This document shows positions 1 to 9,585 of a stretch of 64,000 bases of DNA, in pieces. Each line of letters opens with the position of its first letter. Position 1 is the first letter of the stretch. The stretch spans positions 67,612 through 131,611 of the forward strand of contig JAYRZU010000112.1 of assembly GCA_041916315.1 (NCBI GenBank), written 5' to 3'. Position numbers and translations under genes: made by a program. The stretch comes from Anaerolineae bacterium (GTDB lineage Bacteria; Chloroflexota; Anaerolineae; Aggregatilineales; Phototrophicaceae). Below the pieces are notes generated by a model. That model ran no database searches. It was not told the DNA's origin and worked only from the letters and a program-made list of their open reading frames with translations.

Positions 1-1
1 C

Positions 2-379
2 CGGCGCGACGCCTCCAGCGCCCTGTTGAGCACGGGCGGCGGCGGTTTGATCGTCGTGGCGGCGATCTGCGTCGGGCAGACGCATGACGCATTCAAACTC
101 CACGTCGAACTGCTGTTTGTCATTCCCATCGCGTTCGTGCTCACCTATATCATCCAACTGTGGCTCAACTTCACCCGTGATCTCTCGGCGCGCCGTGTTG
201 AGACCGTGAACGGCTGTGCCGCCGCGCAGACCCGGCTGCATTGGCACACCGTCCGCATTGGTCGATGCCGCTTCACGCTCGACAATGAGACGGTGCTGCG
301 CGGTTTTGAAAATGGCGCGGACTATCGCGTCTACTATGCGCGGCGCTCCAAGCGGCTGCTCTCCGCGGAGCCGATCTAG
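2..379 (+). CDS. 5'-truncated membrane protein, divergent homolog of the tandem family at 2077-4540
   Basis: Frame is open to the window edge; two hydrophobic segments, then RDL...F.NGADYRVYYARRSKRLLSAEPI, matching FKNGDPYRIYYAP.SK.ILSAEWL of the array. Confidence 0.7.
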   Translation, partial: RRDASSALLSTGGGGLIVVAAICVGQTHDAFKLHVELLFVIPIAFVLTYIIQLWLNFTRDLSARRVETVNGCAAAQTRLHWHTVRIGRCRFTLDNETVLRGFENGADYRVYYARRSKRLLSAEPI

Positions 380-412
380 TGCCGCATCCGGTCAGCGCAG
401 CCAATTTTCTGG

Positions 413-620
413 ATAGGGACGCGCTTCTGCGCGTCCGCTGCGACAGACAGCCAGAAGGCTGTCCCTACAACTGCATATATTTGCTAGACGGCACAGGTAG
501 CAGGGTTCAGCGAGTGGGTTGCTCTCTGCTTACCAGTTGGCCTCACCCCGTTTCGCTGCGCTCAACCGCTCCTCTCCCACAGGAGAGAGGCAAAGAACCG
601 TCAGGTTCTTGGGGTGAGGC
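413..620. repeat. REP-like hairpin pair plus CCTCACCCC/GGAGAG-type hairpin repeat
   Basis: tagggacgcgcttctgcgcgtccgc ... gacagccagaaggctgtccctac; cctcacccc...ctctcccacaggagagagg...ggggtgagg. Confidence 0.7.
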
Positions 621-626
621 TCAGGC

Positions 627-1106
627 ATGACAGTGACCTTTCCGCGCAAGCGCCTGCTGCGCGCCCACGGCAAAACCAATGTGTTCGTCAAAGGGTCACT
701 GGAAAGCCCGCAGCACGTGCTGATGAAGGCGTACCTCTGGGCGCTCTACCTGCCGCAGTACCCCGATCTCTACGTCGAGACCAAAATTGGCGACAAGTAC
801 AAGCCGGACGTCGTCCAGCTCGGCGCGGATGGCCGCCCGGTCTTCTGGGGCGAATCGGGACAGGTGAGCGTCAAAAAGATCGAGTCGCTGGTGCGGCGCT
901 TCCCCGACACGCATTTCGCCATCGCCAAATGGGAGACGAATCTCAAGCCGGTCGCGGCGATCATCGCCGAGGTGTTGGCTGGCCGTCCGCGCGCCGCCCC
1001 GTTTGACCTCATTCGCTTCAACGCCGACAGCGCCGCGCGTTTCATCGACGCGGAGGGGAATGTACGCCTCACCCATGCCGACCTCGAATGGCAGCGTTTT
1101 ATCTGA
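627..1106 (+). CDS. YaeQ-like protein (PD-(D/E)XK-like fold)
   Basis: ES..HVLMKAYLWALY, KPDVV and WGESGQVSVKKI motifs resemble the YaeQ family. Confidence 0.55.
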   Translation: MTVTFPRKRLLRAHGKTNVFVKGSLESPQHVLMKAYLWALYLPQYPDLYVETKIGDKYKPDVVQLGADGRPVFWGESGQVSVKKIESLVRRFPDTHFAIAKWETNLKPVAAIIAEVLAGRPRAAPFDLIRFNADSAARFIDAEGNVRLTHADLEWQRFI

Positions 1107-1205
1107 TCTGCCACCTTAGTACTAACAAACGATGGTGCTATCGCACATCTATTTAGAGTGCGGTATCCTAAAGAAAGTAAATTCTGTTACGAGGGGTCAC
1201 AGCAC

Positions 1206-2009
1206 ATGACCAAAACCGCAACGCCCGCTGATTTGTACGAGCGGTACCTCGTCCCGGCGCTGTACAGCCCGGCGGCGCAGGAATTAAAGCGGGTCGCCCA
1301 ACCGGAATGCGGCGACCGCATACTGGATGTCGCGTGCGGGACGGGCGTTATTCCGCGCACGTTCGCGCCGATTGTCGGGCGTTCCGGCGAAGTGACTGGC
1401 CTCGATGTGTCGCCGCCGATGCTGCATGTGGCGCGCTCAATTCCGAAGCCTAATGGCGCGGAGATCACGTTTGCTGAAGGCAACGCGCAGGGCATGACGT
1501 TCGCGAATGAATCATTCGATCTCGTCACCTGCCAGCAGGGGCTGCAGTTCATGGGGGATAAGCTGCGCGCCATGCGCGAGATGCATCGCGTGCTTGTACC
1601 CGGTGGCCGCGCAGTCGTCAGCGTGAATCAAGACTTTAGGCACAACCGCGTGTATGAGCAGTTCAACGCCGTGCTGCAAGAGCTGATAGGTATCCCGGCG
1701 CTGGCCTCGACCTTCAGCTTTGGCGATCCACAGGCGCTCAAGCTGCTGTTCACGCAGGCGGGCTTCCACAATGTCGATGTGAAAAAGGTGACCGTCAACG
1801 TGCGCTTCCCCGATGAGCGGGCCTTCATCACCGCCACGATGATGGCGTCGCCGAGCGCGGTGCAGGCGTTCAAGGTGCTAGCGCCCGAAAAGCGCGCAGC
1901 CCTGGTCGCGCCGCTGTACGACGAAATGCAGAAGATCTTCGCGTTCTACCGTCAGGATGAATACGTCGTCCTGCCCTTGGCGATGAATATCGGCAGCGGC
2001 GTCGCGTAA
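1206..2009 (+). CDS. class I SAM-dependent methyltransferase (UbiE-like)
   Basis: ILDVACGTG motif I, GLDVSPPML, FDLVTCQQGLQF, RVLVPGG. Confidence 0.9.
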   Translation: MTKTATPADLYERYLVPALYSPAAQELKRVAQPECGDRILDVACGTGVIPRTFAPIVGRSGEVTGLDVSPPMLHVARSIPKPNGAEITFAEGNAQGMTFANESFDLVTCQQGLQFMGDKLRAMREMHRVLVPGGRAVVSVNQDFRHNRVYEQFNAVLQELIGIPALASTFSFGDPQALKLLFTQAGFHNVDVKKVTVNVRFPDERAFITATMMASPSAVQAFKVLAPEKRAALVAPLYDEMQKIFAFYRQDEYVVLPLAMNIGSGVA

Positions 2010-2076
2010 ACCGACCGCCGATGACCGACGAGAGGACGTCCGCGCGACGTCCTCTTTGATTCGCCTCTGGGCCGGG

Positions 2077-2703
2077 TCACGTGCCGTCGCTGCTCCGCCG
2101 CCGGCGGAGTTCTTCCCGGGCATACGGGCGATCCTCCAGCGCATCCGAACTCATTTCTTCATCCGTTTCGATGAACGGGTTGTCATCGCGCAGCCATTCC
2201 GCGGAAAGGATCGTTTTGGTGTTCGGCGCGTAGTAGATGCGGTACGGATCGCCATTTTTGAAGGCGAGGAAAGCGCGCTTCTGCACTTTGAATTTCTGGC
2301 CGTCTATCTGCACCTTGTAGGTGGCGCTGTTCTGCGCGGGCGTCATATCCAGTGCGACGCGCCCCTCAGCGACTTTCACTCCCTGCTGGAGGTCGCGGCT
2401 GATGCGCACCGCCGGGATCGCGCCGACCGCCAGCGCGAAAGCCAAGAAGACAAGCATCGCCAGCAGGATTGGCCCCAGACTCGCCGTCGCGCCGACCGTG
2501 CCGATCAACAGGAAAAATCCCACTGTCGCGCACAGCCCACCGATCAGGATGGCGCCTACCGTGCGCCGCCGCTGGAGCATGGCTGCTTGCGCCGGGCTCA
2601 AGCGGCCCGCGGCATTCATAGCGAGGTCGTCGTCGGTGAACTTGAGCGCCGCCGCCAACACTTCTTCGTACTTCTTGAGTTTGACCTCTTTGGGCATGTT
2701 CAC
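2077..2703 (-). CDS. two-TM hypothetical protein, tandem paralog 4
   Basis: KLKKYEEVL..AL.F..DDL..N..G.LS..Q N-terminus, two TM helices, conserved C-domain. Confidence 0.85.
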   Translation of the reverse strand: MNMPKEVKLKKYEEVLAAALKFTDDDLAMNAAGRLSPAQAAMLQRRRTVGAILIGGLCATVGFFLLIGTVGATASLGPILLAMLVFLAFALAVGAIPAVRISRDLQQGVKVAEGRVALDMTPAQNSATYKVQIDGQKFKVQKRAFLAFKNGDPYRIYYAPNTKTILSAEWLRDDNPFIETDEEMSSDALEDRPYAREELRRRRSSDGT

Positions 2704-3305
2704 CTCATCTGTCTGGATGTTCGCTGGTCATCGAAGGCGCTAATCGCCTGCGCCGCGTCGTCGTCGCCGCGTTCCACAAACGGATCATCATCACGCAGCC
2801 ATTCGGCGGACAGAATCGTCCGACTGTGCGGCGCGTAGTAGATGCGATACGGATCACCGTTCTTGAAGGCGAGGAACGTCATCTTCCGCACCTTGAATTT
2901 CTGGCCGTCCAGCTTGACCACGTAAGCGGTGCGCCGCCGCCGCGCAATGGTGTCCAGTTCGACGCGCCCCTCAGCGACTTGGACGCCCGCCTGCAAGTCG
3001 CGGGTCATCTGCACCGCCGGAATGATACCGGTCACGACTGTGAACAGGATGACAAACAGCACCATCATGACCAGCGGCGCCAGCGACCGCGCGTACACGT
3101 TGGCGAACAGCAGCAGCCCACCGACGATGACGCTCAGCGCCACCGCCAAAATCGCCGTAGACGTCCGCTGGGTTTTCAGTCGATTCAGCTGCGCGGCGCT
3201 CAACTGGCCAGCGGCGTTGAGGGCGAGATCGTCCTCAGTGAAGTTGAGCGCCCGCATCAATACATCTTCGTATTTCTTGAGCTTGGTGTCTCCCGGCATG
3301 TTCAC
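2700..3305 (-). CDS. two-TM hypothetical protein, tandem paralog 3
   Basis: Same architecture; stop codon abuts or overlaps the next start. Confidence 0.85.
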   Translation of the reverse strand: MNMPGDTKLKKYEDVLMRALNFTEDDLALNAAGQLSAAQLNRLKTQRTSTAILAVALSVIVGGLLLFANVYARSLAPLVMMVLFVILFTVVTGIIPAVQMTRDLQAGVQVAEGRVELDTIARRRRTAYVVKLDGQKFKVRKMTFLAFKNGDPYRIYYAPHSRTILSAEWLRDDDPFVERGDDDAAQAISAFDDQRTSRQMR

Positions 3306-3308
3306 TCC

Positions 3309-3929
3309 TTAACGTCTGCCCGCCTGCCGTCTATCCTCAGCCCTGTACAGTGTCTCTGACGCAGGGGATGCGTCGATGGGCGACTGGCGGCGCTCTTCCG
3401 CGTCTGTGAAGGGGTCATCATCGCGCAGCCAGTCGACCGATAGCATGGTTTTGGAGTGCGGCGCGTAGTAGATGCGGTACGGATCGCCATTTTTGAAGGC
3501 GAGAAACGCGGGCTTTTTGACCTTGAATTTTCGATCATCCAGTTTCACAAAGTAGGCGGTGCCGTTCTCCGCTGACCGCAAATCCAACTCAATGCGCCCT
3601 TCGGCAGACTGAACGCCGTCGCGCAGATCGCGGTTCAGCTGCCATGGTGCAACTCGACCAATCCAGAAGACCAGCAGGCTAAACAGCAGGCCGAGAAACA
3701 GCATCGGGCCGATAGATCGGGGCGCGGCAAGCATCATGAACGTGAGAAAGGCGACGACGAGCGCGTAGAACCCGGCGATCAGGGTTTGCAGGTTGCGCTG
3801 CTGTTTGAAGACCACCACCTGATCCGGGCTGAGGTCACCGCCTTGGTTGGCCGCTAGATCTTCTTCACTGAAAGCGAGTGCCGCCATCAACACCTCTTCG
3901 TACTTCTTGAGTTTGACTTGCTTCGGCAT
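3309..3929 (-). CDS. two-TM hypothetical protein, tandem paralog 2
   Basis: Same architecture and motifs. Confidence 0.85.
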   Translation of the reverse strand: MPKQVKLKKYEEVLMAALAFSEEDLAANQGGDLSPDQVVVFKQQRNLQTLIAGFYALVVAFLTFMMLAAPRSIGPMLFLGLLFSLLVFWIGRVAPWQLNRDLRDGVQSAEGRIELDLRSAENGTAYFVKLDDRKFKVKKPAFLAFKNGDPYRIYYAPHSKTMLSVDWLRDDDPFTDAEERRQSPIDASPASETLYRAEDRRQAGRR

Positions 3930-3931
3930 CG

Positions 3932-4540
3932 TCAGCTCTTATCTTGAAGTACAGGCTGTGCTTCGATCAGGTTGTGCGCGGCTCTCAGTTCGACTTCGTC
4001 GGTTGCTGAGTTGATAAAGGGGTCTTCCGCGCGCAGCCATTCCACGGAGAGCAGCACATGGCTATGCGGAGCGTAGTACAGGCGGTACGGATCACGGTTT
4101 TTGAAGGCGAAAAACGCTTCCCGCCGCACCTTGAATTTACACATGTCCACCTGCACGAAGTATTCGCCGCCGTTTTCGGCGGAGCGCGCATCCAGTTCGA
4201 TGCGCCCTTCGACCTCCGCGACGCCCGCGCCTAAATCGCGCGTCATGCGCCGGATCGCTCGACCGCCGTTCAGCGTGGCTATCCCGATAAACAGGAGGGT
4301 GAGCAGCAGCATGGGCAGTGCCGCGAGCGGCCACGCCAACGCCACGAATGACGCGAGCGCGATCACCAGCGCGCACATCACGACGAGGTTGCGCGCCTGC
4401 CGGGTCCGCCGCTGCTGCAGCGCCACCACTTGCCCCGCGCTCCATGCGCCCGACTGGTTGGCGGCGAGATCATCGTCGGTGTATTCGAGCGCCGCCATCA
4501 ACACCTCTTCGTGCTTCTTGAGCTTGATGTCTTTCGGCAT
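3932..4540 (-). CDS. two-TM hypothetical protein, tandem paralog 1
   Basis: Start MPKDIKLKK at 4540 preceded by AGGAGG; same motifs. Confidence 0.85.
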   Translation of the reverse strand: MPKDIKLKKHEEVLMAALEYTDDDLAANQSGAWSAGQVVALQQRRTRQARNLVVMCALVIALASFVALAWPLAALPMLLLTLLFIGIATLNGGRAIRRMTRDLGAGVAEVEGRIELDARSAENGGEYFVQVDMCKFKVRREAFFAFKNRDPYRLYYAPHSHVLLSVEWLRAEDPFINSATDEVELRAAHNLIEAQPVLQDKS

Positions 4541-4588
4541 GATCCCTCCTACAATGATCATCTATAGATGATACGTTAGGAGCAGAAC

Positions 4589-4960
4589 ATGGTTGCATCA
4601 AAATACCGTCAAATCCAATCACAATTTGAAGCGTGGGTCGGGCAGATCCCCGACATCCAGCCGGATCTCTTCTACAAAGATATGTTCGGCGGCGTGCTCA
4701 TCTATACGGCGGGCAAACCGTTCGCCGTGTTCATCGACGATTACGTCGCGCTCAAGCTGCCCGACGAGCAGCGCGCGGAGATTCTCAAAGAGGCGGCGGC
4801 CAATGACCCCGGCTACAGTCCCGAAACCCCGGTGAGCAAGAACTATGTCAAGCTGCCGCCGAGCATCGTCAGCGCGGATGAGAAGGTCACCTACTGGATC
4901 GAGGACAGTATCCGCTACGTGCAAACGATGATGCCAAGTAAAAAGAAGAAAAAGAAGTAG
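4589..4960 (+). CDS. TfoX/Sxy N-terminal domain protein
   Basis: KDMFGGVLIY...FAVF...ALKL...NYVKLP...WIEDS pattern; Lys-rich tail. Confidence 0.75.
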   Translation: MVASKYRQIQSQFEAWVGQIPDIQPDLFYKDMFGGVLIYTAGKPFAVFIDDYVALKLPDEQRAEILKEAAANDPGYSPETPVSKNYVKLPPSIVSADEKVTYWIEDSIRYVQTMMPSKKKKKK

Positions 4961-5215
4961 ACAGTTTACAGCTCACAGTTCACAGTAAAAACAGGACTCA
5001 GCGTAATGTGGTAAGTGCGTAGGATGCCCTGAAAACGGGTTATAGGTCGGTTTTGAGATGTTGCGGACGCGATAAATCGCGTCCCTACGAAAAAACGGTG
5101 TTGTGTAGGGACGCCATGATGCAGTTTAAGAAAAGAACACGGTGATTGTAGGGACGCCATACATGGCGTCCACTGCCTAATTTGCCAAAACGGACGAGAT
5201 ATATCTCGTCCCTAC
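4958..5215. repeat. heptamer tandem (ACAGTT[T/C]) followed by a cluster of REP-like hairpins
   Basis: acagtttacagctcacagttcacagt; cggacgcgataaatcgcgtccctac; gtagggacgccatacatggcgtcc; cggacgagatatatctcgtccctac. Confidence 0.8.
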
Positions 5216-5342
5216 CATCTCCGTATTCATCAGTTAATTTGCATTATTGCGTCCGCTGCGCCCAAAAAGACTTCACGCACGTAGCTACCGGTAATCTGCA
5301 TCACTATCCTGAGAGCGCTGAACTGATCACTGTCAACTTCTT

Positions 5343-6125
5343 TTACGGTGCGGCGGGCGCGTCGCGGGTGATGCCCGGGAGCTGCAGCGCGACCGCGTAG
5401 TAATTGCTGTTGTCTTCGGTGTAGAGCAGACTGGTCGGCAGGGTGCGGCGCGCGTTCCACAGCGCCAGGATCGCCTCCCCGCTGACCCAGCGCGCGGGCG
5501 CGCCATTCGCCGCGGCGAGGCCGAAGCCCAGGCGCGCGCTGTCCCACTGGCTGATAGGCGCTTGCGGGCTGTAGGATCGCGACTGCACCGAGACCCACCC
5601 GCCCGCGGGTTGATAGAGAATGGGCGCGTCGCCGAGCCGCTTGCACATGGTCAGCACGCGGATGAACAACTGCGCATCCCACCCGCTGAACGAATCCGTC
5701 CGGTGGGTGAGGCCATTCACGGTGAGATCGACGCTCTGGAAGACGGGCGCGGCGGTCGGCGAGCCGAACACCGAGTCGATACTCCAGTCGAAAGTGTAGA
5801 TGCCCTCGTCGACCGTCAGGTAGCGGATGAACTCGCGCAGTTCGGCGTCCGTCACCGCATCATAGAGCACTTCAAAGTGAAAACCGCCCAACTCATTGAG
5901 CCACACCACGCGGTTATCCCCGAAGATCGTGCACTGGGGGATGTCATCGAGCGCGCCGAATGCATCTTCGCCGCCGAGCACATCGGCGCGAAAGACGACC
6001 GCGTTCGGGCTGCGATCCCACGTGATGATGGAGGGATCGACGGTGGGAGGGAGATTGGGCGTGGTCGGCGCACCACACGCCGCCAAAGCCAGTGCCAGCA
6101 GCACAACGATCAGCCGCAAACGCAT
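5343..6125 (-). CDS. putative lipoprotein
   Basis: Signal peptide with LALAAC-G lipobox and Pro/Thr linker. Confidence 0.75.
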   Translation of the reverse strand: MRLRLIVVLLALALAACGAPTTPNLPPTVDPSIITWDRSPNAVVFRADVLGGEDAFGALDDIPQCTIFGDNRVVWLNELGGFHFEVLYDAVTDAELREFIRYLTVDEGIYTFDWSIDSVFGSPTAAPVFQSVDLTVNGLTHRTDSFSGWDAQLFIRVLTMCKRLGDAPILYQPAGGWVSVQSRSYSPQAPISQWDSARLGFGLAAANGAPARWVSGEAILALWNARRTLPTSLLYTEDNSNYYAVALQLPGITRDAPAAP

Positions 6126-6376
6126 ACGGGGTCCTTTAGGCTGAAATCAAGTCACGTCTAGGTTGGGGCTGCGTCTACGGTGCCCAGACCGCCCATCTTG
6201 ACATAGAGGATACAGCATGTGGGTCAGCGAGGATACATAATAAATCACTACACCCGTAACAATCCTCTATCTCTGACCTCATTGTAGTGGCAACCGTCCC
6301 GCGCTGAGCATGGGATTTTTGTAGTGGCGGGCTTATGTTATCCTTAGGGAGTTGTTTAACTAGCAACTGGAAGCGC

Positions 6377-8032
6377 ATGGCAGAAACATCGATCGACCGC
6401 CTCAGCGACGCAGCGCCGCCCACGGAAACGGAAACGCGCGCGGGTGTCGCCCGGGCGACAGGCATTCTGGCGCTCGGCAACGTGGGCAGCCGCGTTTTAG
6501 GGCTGGCGCGCGAGATTGTCCTCACCAACTTGTTCGGTGCCTCCCGGGCGATGGACGCGTTCAATTACGCGATTATCGTCCCCAAGACCCTGTATGACCT
6601 CTTGATCGCGGGTCACGTCAACAGTGCGATCATCCCCGTGTTGAGCGAAGTCGTCACCCGTGACGGACACAAGGCCCTGTGGCAGTTGGTCAGCATCCTC
6701 GTCAGCCTCGTCGCGCTGATCATCGCGGCGCTCGTGCTGCTGCTGGAAGTGTTCGCCCCGCAGGTGATCATTGTCGTGAGCGGCGGTTCTGACCCGGCGA
6801 CCCAGGCGCTCGCCGCCGATGTGCTGCGCTACGTCTCGCCAGCGCTCATCTTCCTGAGTTTATTCGCCGTGTTGAGCGGCACGCTCTACGCGCTGCGCGA
6901 GTTCACGCTGCCCGCGCTGGCGGGCATCCTGTTCAACGCCTCGATTGTCTTTGGCACGCTGATCTTCGCGCCCCCGCTGCAAGCTGTGCTGCGTACTTCC
7001 GGCATCGGCTGGCTGATGACGCGTCCGGCGGAAGGCATTCGCGCCGCGGCCTTCGGTTGGCTGATTGGCGCGCTGGTGCAGTTCCTGCTGCAGCTCCCCG
7101 GCATGCGCGGTGCGCAGTTCCGCATCAATTTCAACTGGCGGCACCCCGCCGTCAAGCAGATCGCTTTGCTCTACGCCCCGGTGATGTTCTCGCTGGTGCT
7201 GGATACGTTTGTGCGCACCTTCAGCTACAACCTCGCCAGTCAAACAGGGGTGGGCAGCGTCAGCTACATGAATTGGGCGACCACGCTGATCCAGTTTCCG
7301 CAGGGCTTGGTCGCGACAGCTATCAGCATCGCGATTCTGCCGACGCTCGCCCGCCAATCGGTGCTAACCGAGGATCAGGGCTTCAAGAACACGCTCGGTC
7401 TCGGCTTGCGGCTGGCGATCACGCTGATTTTGCCCGCGACGCTCGGCCTGTTCGTTCTGGGCACGCCGATTGTGCGGCTGCTGTTCGAACACGGCGCGTT
7501 CACCGCTGCCGATACGCAGATCACCGTGCATGCGCTGCGCCTGTATCTGATCGGTCTGCCGTTCGCCGCCATTGATCTGCTGTTGGTGTACGCCTTCTAC
7601 GCGCAGCAGGACACGCTCACGCCCGCGGTGATCGGCTTCGGCAGCCTGGTGTGGTACATGCTGGTCGCGGTGCTGCTGCTGCCCACCTTTGGCCTGTTCA
7701 GCCTGATGATCGCCGACAGCGCCAAGCACATTATGCACGCGCTGGTGTCCGCGTTCATCCTGTGGCGGCGGCTGAAAGGCTTCGGCGATCAGCGGTTGTT
7801 CCGCACGCTGCTCAAAACCGGGATCGCGGCGCTGCTCATGAGCGCGGTCGCCCTCGTCATTGAGCCGCTCGGAGAACGTTTGATTGGTACATCCGGCGCC
7901 ATCCGCGAAGCCGTACTCGTGATTGCGGCGGGTGGGCTGAGCAGCGCGGTATTCCTCGGGGCAGCCTTTGTGCTGCGCATCGAAGAATTATCGTGGCTGT
8001 GGGCATCCGTGCGGCGGCGTCTGCGATCATAA
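6377..8032 (+). CDS. murJ: lipid II flippase MurJ (MviN)
   Basis: SRVLGLARE, DAFNYA..P, QFPQGL...ISIAILP.L motifs; about 14 TM segments. Confidence 0.92.
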   Translation: MAETSIDRLSDAAPPTETETRAGVARATGILALGNVGSRVLGLAREIVLTNLFGASRAMDAFNYAIIVPKTLYDLLIAGHVNSAIIPVLSEVVTRDGHKALWQLVSILVSLVALIIAALVLLLEVFAPQVIIVVSGGSDPATQALAADVLRYVSPALIFLSLFAVLSGTLYALREFTLPALAGILFNASIVFGTLIFAPPLQAVLRTSGIGWLMTRPAEGIRAAAFGWLIGALVQFLLQLPGMRGAQFRINFNWRHPAVKQIALLYAPVMFSLVLDTFVRTFSYNLASQTGVGSVSYMNWATTLIQFPQGLVATAISIAILPTLARQSVLTEDQGFKNTLGLGLRLAITLILPATLGLFVLGTPIVRLLFEHGAFTAADTQITVHALRLYLIGLPFAAIDLLLVYAFYAQQDTLTPAVIGFGSLVWYMLVAVLLLPTFGLFSLMIADSAKHIMHALVSAFILWRRLKGFGDQRLFRTLLKTGIAALLMSAVALVIEPLGERLIGTSGAIREAVLVIAAGGLSSAVFLGAAFVLRIEELSWLWASVRRRLRS

Positions 8033-8045
8033 GCTCGGAGGGCAT

Positions 8046-8160
8046 TGTAGGGACGGCCTTCTGGCCGTCCGCTAACCGCGGACGCGCAGAAGCGCGTCCC
8101 TACGAAAATGGCGACTGCGGCTGTCTCCCCTCTCCACCCGGAGAGGGGTCGGGGGTGAGG
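8046..8160. repeat. inverted REP pair plus half CCCCTCTCC/GGAGAGGGG element
   Basis: gtagggacggccttctggccgtccgc...gcggacgcgcagaagcgcgtccctac; cccctctccacccggagaggggtcgggggtgagg. Confidence 0.8.
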
Positions 8161-8166
8161 CCGGTT

Positions 8167-9282
8167 CTACGGCAGGTCAATCGTCCATTCGGTCGCGCCC
8201 CACAACACTGCGCCGACCTCGAATACGTCGTCGGTTTCGCCCGTGTTCGGGATTTCCGTAATCTCCTCATTCTGCCAGATCGCCGCGCCGTTGAAGGTCG
8301 GGTAGCCGATGAAGGCGAGCGCCTGACCATCCGGCGCGAGCGTCACGCGGGAAGGCGCGCCGGTATAGGCCATCGTCGTATCGAGTACTTCCCAGAACAT
8401 CCCCATATCCGGCGTGATGTCGAAGCGCACGCGCAGCGAGTCCGCACCTGCCGCGTGACTGATCAGGTGGGGCACATCGGCGAAAGGCACGCCAACGCCC
8501 GTCTGCGTATCGAGGATCGTCCAGCGTCCAGAGGCGTAGAACAGCCCCGCATAGGTCTGATTCGCACCCTGCACCGCGTAGAAGTCGAGCACGTAGTCGT
8601 CGGCAACCGCGCCGATGCGCGGCGCGGCGGTCATTGTGCCCGCCTCGCTGACCATCAGGTAGCTCTGCTCGCCTGCCGCATCCGCTGACAGGTTGATGAT
8701 GAACACGCCCTCACCCCAGCGGATTTCCGGCGAGCGTCCCTGCGTGATCGGTGTATTGATGGCGGGCAGCAGCACCGTCGTGGTGGCGGTGGCAAGGTCG
8801 TAGATCATCAGGCGCGGCACCTCGACGCCGAAGTCGAACTCCGTCCACGCGAGGCGCGTGCCATCGGGCGACCAGGCAGGCGCCGAGCGGACAATCGCCT
8901 TGTCCGTGACGCCCGCTACGAACAGCGAAGCATCGCTGGGCTGCCCGGCAACGGTGAGCGTTTCATCGGTCGCTACATCGAGGAGCAGGATGTCCGAGGG
9001 GAGGTCAATCTCTGCGATTTCGCCCTCCGCCTGCACGCGATCCAATGCTTCCAGACCCAGCGGTGACGCCTGACGGTAGGCGATGAGGGCGCCGTCGGGC
9101 GCGATGACCGGATTCGAGACGGTGCCCGTCGCGGTCAGCGGTTCGGTCGTCAGCGCGTCGGGATCGAGGCGATACAGGTCGCCGCGCACCCACAGATAGG
9201 CGGGCGGGGTGACGGCCTGTGCGCTCAGACCGCTGGCCAACAGGGCGGTGAAGATCAAGAGTAAACCGATTTTTTTCAGCAT
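8167..9282 (-). CDS. secreted TolB-like / PD40 beta-propeller protein
   Basis: Signal peptide; PVIAPDG, PAWSPDG and LAPDG repeats. Confidence 0.75.
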   Translation of the reverse strand: MLKKIGLLLIFTALLASGLSAQAVTPPAYLWVRGDLYRLDPDALTTEPLTATGTVSNPVIAPDGALIAYRQASPLGLEALDRVQAEGEIAEIDLPSDILLLDVATDETLTVAGQPSDASLFVAGVTDKAIVRSAPAWSPDGTRLAWTEFDFGVEVPRLMIYDLATATTTVLLPAINTPITQGRSPEIRWGEGVFIINLSADAAGEQSYLMVSEAGTMTAAPRIGAVADDYVLDFYAVQGANQTYAGLFYASGRWTILDTQTGVGVPFADVPHLISHAAGADSLRVRFDITPDMGMFWEVLDTTMAYTGAPSRVTLAPDGQALAFIGYPTFNGAAIWQNEEITEIPNTGETDDVFEVGAVLWGATEWTIDLP

Positions 9283-9585
9283 CGCTTAACTGTCCTCAAA
9301 AGAGACGCGCGTGCGCGCGTCTGCTGATCCTGTTCACTGCGGCAGACGCTCGGTGGAGCGTCCAGAAGCTGCTCCATTCTAATGTACGTTGACGCCAGAA
9401 ATCAAAGACACAACTTTGAACCAGCGCGCAGGATCGCGGGTAAATGTGTGTAGAACATCCAAGCATGCCTGAGCGATCTTGCGACGTGTCCCGTCTCGTG
9501 TTAAGTTCTAGGCAGCAATTTTAATACCGCGTTAGGAATTGGCGGATTTGCTGATCCGCTCCCACAAAATTTTCTAGGAGGATGT

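Noticed and set aside
2077-4561. Array as a diversity-generating retroelement target set
   Set aside because: No reverse transcriptase or template repeat in the window, and variation is not obviously adenine-specific.
5063-5215. Clustered palindromic repeats as a possible CRISPR array
   Set aside because: Repeats vary in sequence and orientation, spacing is irregular and no cas genes are present; they match the dispersed REP family.
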